DNA of 64,000 nt from Basidiobolus meristosporus CBS 931.73 (lineage: Eukaryota > Fungi > Basidiobolomycota), in contig MCFE01000250.1 in NCBI GenBank assembly GCA_002104905.1, positions 1 through 64,000 on the forward strand. Direction: 5' to 3'. Each line of letters starts with the position of its first letter. The stretch's first letter is position 1. A program made the translations under genes and the position numbers. Shown piece after piece: positions 62,329 through 64,000 of this stretch. Below the pieces are notes generated by a model that worked only from the letters and a program-made list of their open reading frames with translations, did no database searches and was not told the DNA's origin.

Positions 62329-63779
62329 ATGAGTGAAAAGGTCAACACTGAAGCCACAGCCTCAAAGGTTATTAGTGAGGATGAGGTTGCCTTGTACGAT
62401 CGTCAGATTCGTTTGTGGGGTTTAGAAGCACAACAGAGGTAAACCAACTAGTTGCCCATGAAAAATTAGCCTATCGTCTCAAAGTTTTCCAGAATGAGGA
62501 ATGCCTCCATCTTGATTGTCGGCCTCTCTGCGTTATCCAACGAAGTGTGCAAAAACCTTGTGCTTGCGGGAATCGGCTCGATCACCATAGTTGATGATAA
62601 AAGCGTAACACGAGAAGATTTGGGTGCGCAATTCTACATCTCTGAGGAAAGTGTTGGTAAAAATGTAAATAGTTCGTGGCTTCACTATATCCCGACTGGT
62701 GATAGCAGACTCACTAGAATTCTGAGGTAGAGAGCGGAGTCAGCCGTGGAAGGCCTGCGGAATCTTAACCCACGCGTAAAGATAAATGTCCTTGCCGAGA
62801 ATATTCAAACGCAGGCCGATGATTTCTTTACCGGATTTGAGATAGTCGTTCTTACGGAGTGCGATCTGGCCACTATGGTTGATTTGATATTTAGCCGACC
62901 CTTTCCGCTCGATGTTCTAACCTTGGCATTTGCGTTATTCAGAAACGTATCAACCGCCTCTGCCATCAAGCAGGAACCAAATTCTACAGTGCCGATACAT
63001 ACGGGTTCTTTGGATACATCTTCTGTGATCTTGTCGAGCATGATTACATTGAGTACGCTGTTTTTAGTTGAGGTGCCTTGATTCTATCGTTATTCATACC
63101 GAATTCCTCTTCCCAGAGATCGCAAGGAAACTACGGTGTCCAAGAACGAGGAGCCGGAGATTAAGCGAGTCAAGAAGAGCGAGGAATTTGTAAGCTTGGA
63201 AGCTGCCCTGTCCAAGAGCTGGAGCAATATGACCTTGCGTCAGATCAAAAAAAGAATCTCCCCCGTATTCTTTGGGATCCAGCGTATGTTACTTTTACGT
63301 ATGAGTGAGTGAAGTACCCGAGTCCTAAACCCCCACATTAGTCTTATGGCAGTTCCAAGAAGCGCATCAACGTCTCCCGACTCCTGAAGACACCGAAGAA
63401 ATCCTAAGTCTGCGGAACAGCTTCCTTCCGACTATCTCGGTGGATACATCGGTCCTAAGTGACGAATTTTTGACGTGCGTTTGCGCCATCTACATTCGCA
63501 CGTATAACAACTCTAACCATTTGCTAAAGGACCTTGGTACTGAATGCGCGGGCTGATCTTACTCCTGTGTGCGCCATTGTCGGCGGTATATTGGCGCAGG
63601 AAATCTTGAAGGTACTATCCGCCAAAGAGCTGCCAGTGAACAATTTCTTCTTGTATAACGGACTTGATGGTATGTTGATCATTCCAAACTCATGCACACC
63701 CACTCTGACCAACACTTACCAACCTGTCGGAATAGGCACCGGGTTGGTGCACCAAGTCGAGCCAACCAAGGAGCAGTAG
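62329..63779 (+). CDS. AOS1: SUMO-activating enzyme E1 subunit 1, about 8 exons
   Basis: LYDRQIRLWGLEAQQR, EVCKNLVLAGIGSIT, LNPRVK, YGFFGYIFCDL, PVCAIVGGILAQEILK..NNFF; GT-AG introns join in frame. Confidence 0.94.
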
Positions 63780-63876
63780 TCGCTTCAATTTAGACCAAAC
63801 GACTGTTGAACATTCTCTATACATCTCAGCCTCATCCGTCCGGAATGAAACTGAGCAGTTTATTAAATAAATTTCT

Positions 63877-64000
63877 TCAAGAAAGGACCTTTTCGACATC
63901 TCCCTCATCGTGGATTTCACCGTTCTCCAGCTTGAAAACGGGAAGTTCAAACACTTCGGGGTCGAACTCTTCGAGGGAGGAATAGACGGCGACTGCTCCG
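63877..64000 (-). CDS. 3' end of a HAD-family pseudouridine-5'-phosphatase-like gene (runs off the window)
   Basis: Frame not in the track reads GAVAVYSSLEEFDPEVFELPVFKLENGEIHDEGDVEKVLS*; SLEEFDPEVFELP resembles the HDHD1/PUDP C-terminal SL.DF.PE.FGLP. Confidence 0.65.
   Translation of the reverse strand, partial: GAVAVYSSLEEFDPEVFELPVFKLENGEIHDEGDVEKVLS

Overview
Eukaryotic (fungal) genomic DNA with short 50-65 nt GT-AG introns and CTAAC/CTGAC branch points. The lineage cannot be fixed from sequence alone; an early-diverging fungus is my guess. The window has two compartments. (1) About 1-43,400 is a CpG-erased graveyard of nested transposons: two Ty1/copia families with half-tRNA-type PBS, a near-complete Ty3/gypsy chromovirus (35,140-41,055), an older gypsy remnant, solo LTRs of two further 4-bp-TSD families, and several copies of a CACTA/En-Spm (Tnp2-like) transposase with an uncharacterised partner ORF. 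The chromovirus keeps a Tf1-type self-priming PBS, a GGGAAAC + hairpin -1 frameshift signal and a chromodomain. No transposon ORF is intact. (2) About 43,400-64,000 is CpG-normal and gene-rich. It holds a tandem duplication of [DHTKD1-like 2-oxoacid dehydrogenase E1 + F-box gene], a 4-coumarate-CoA-ligase-like gene, HTD2 (one apparent frameshift), COA4, AOS1/SAE1 and the 3' end of a pseudouridine-5'-phosphatase-like HAD gene. The most interesting signal is the duplicated DHTKD1 paralog. Many normally invariant active-site motifs are rewritten, yet both copies are intact, differ at 22 synonymous vs 8 non-synonymous sites, and appear homogenised by gene conversion. All alignments and counts are manual; no database search was run.
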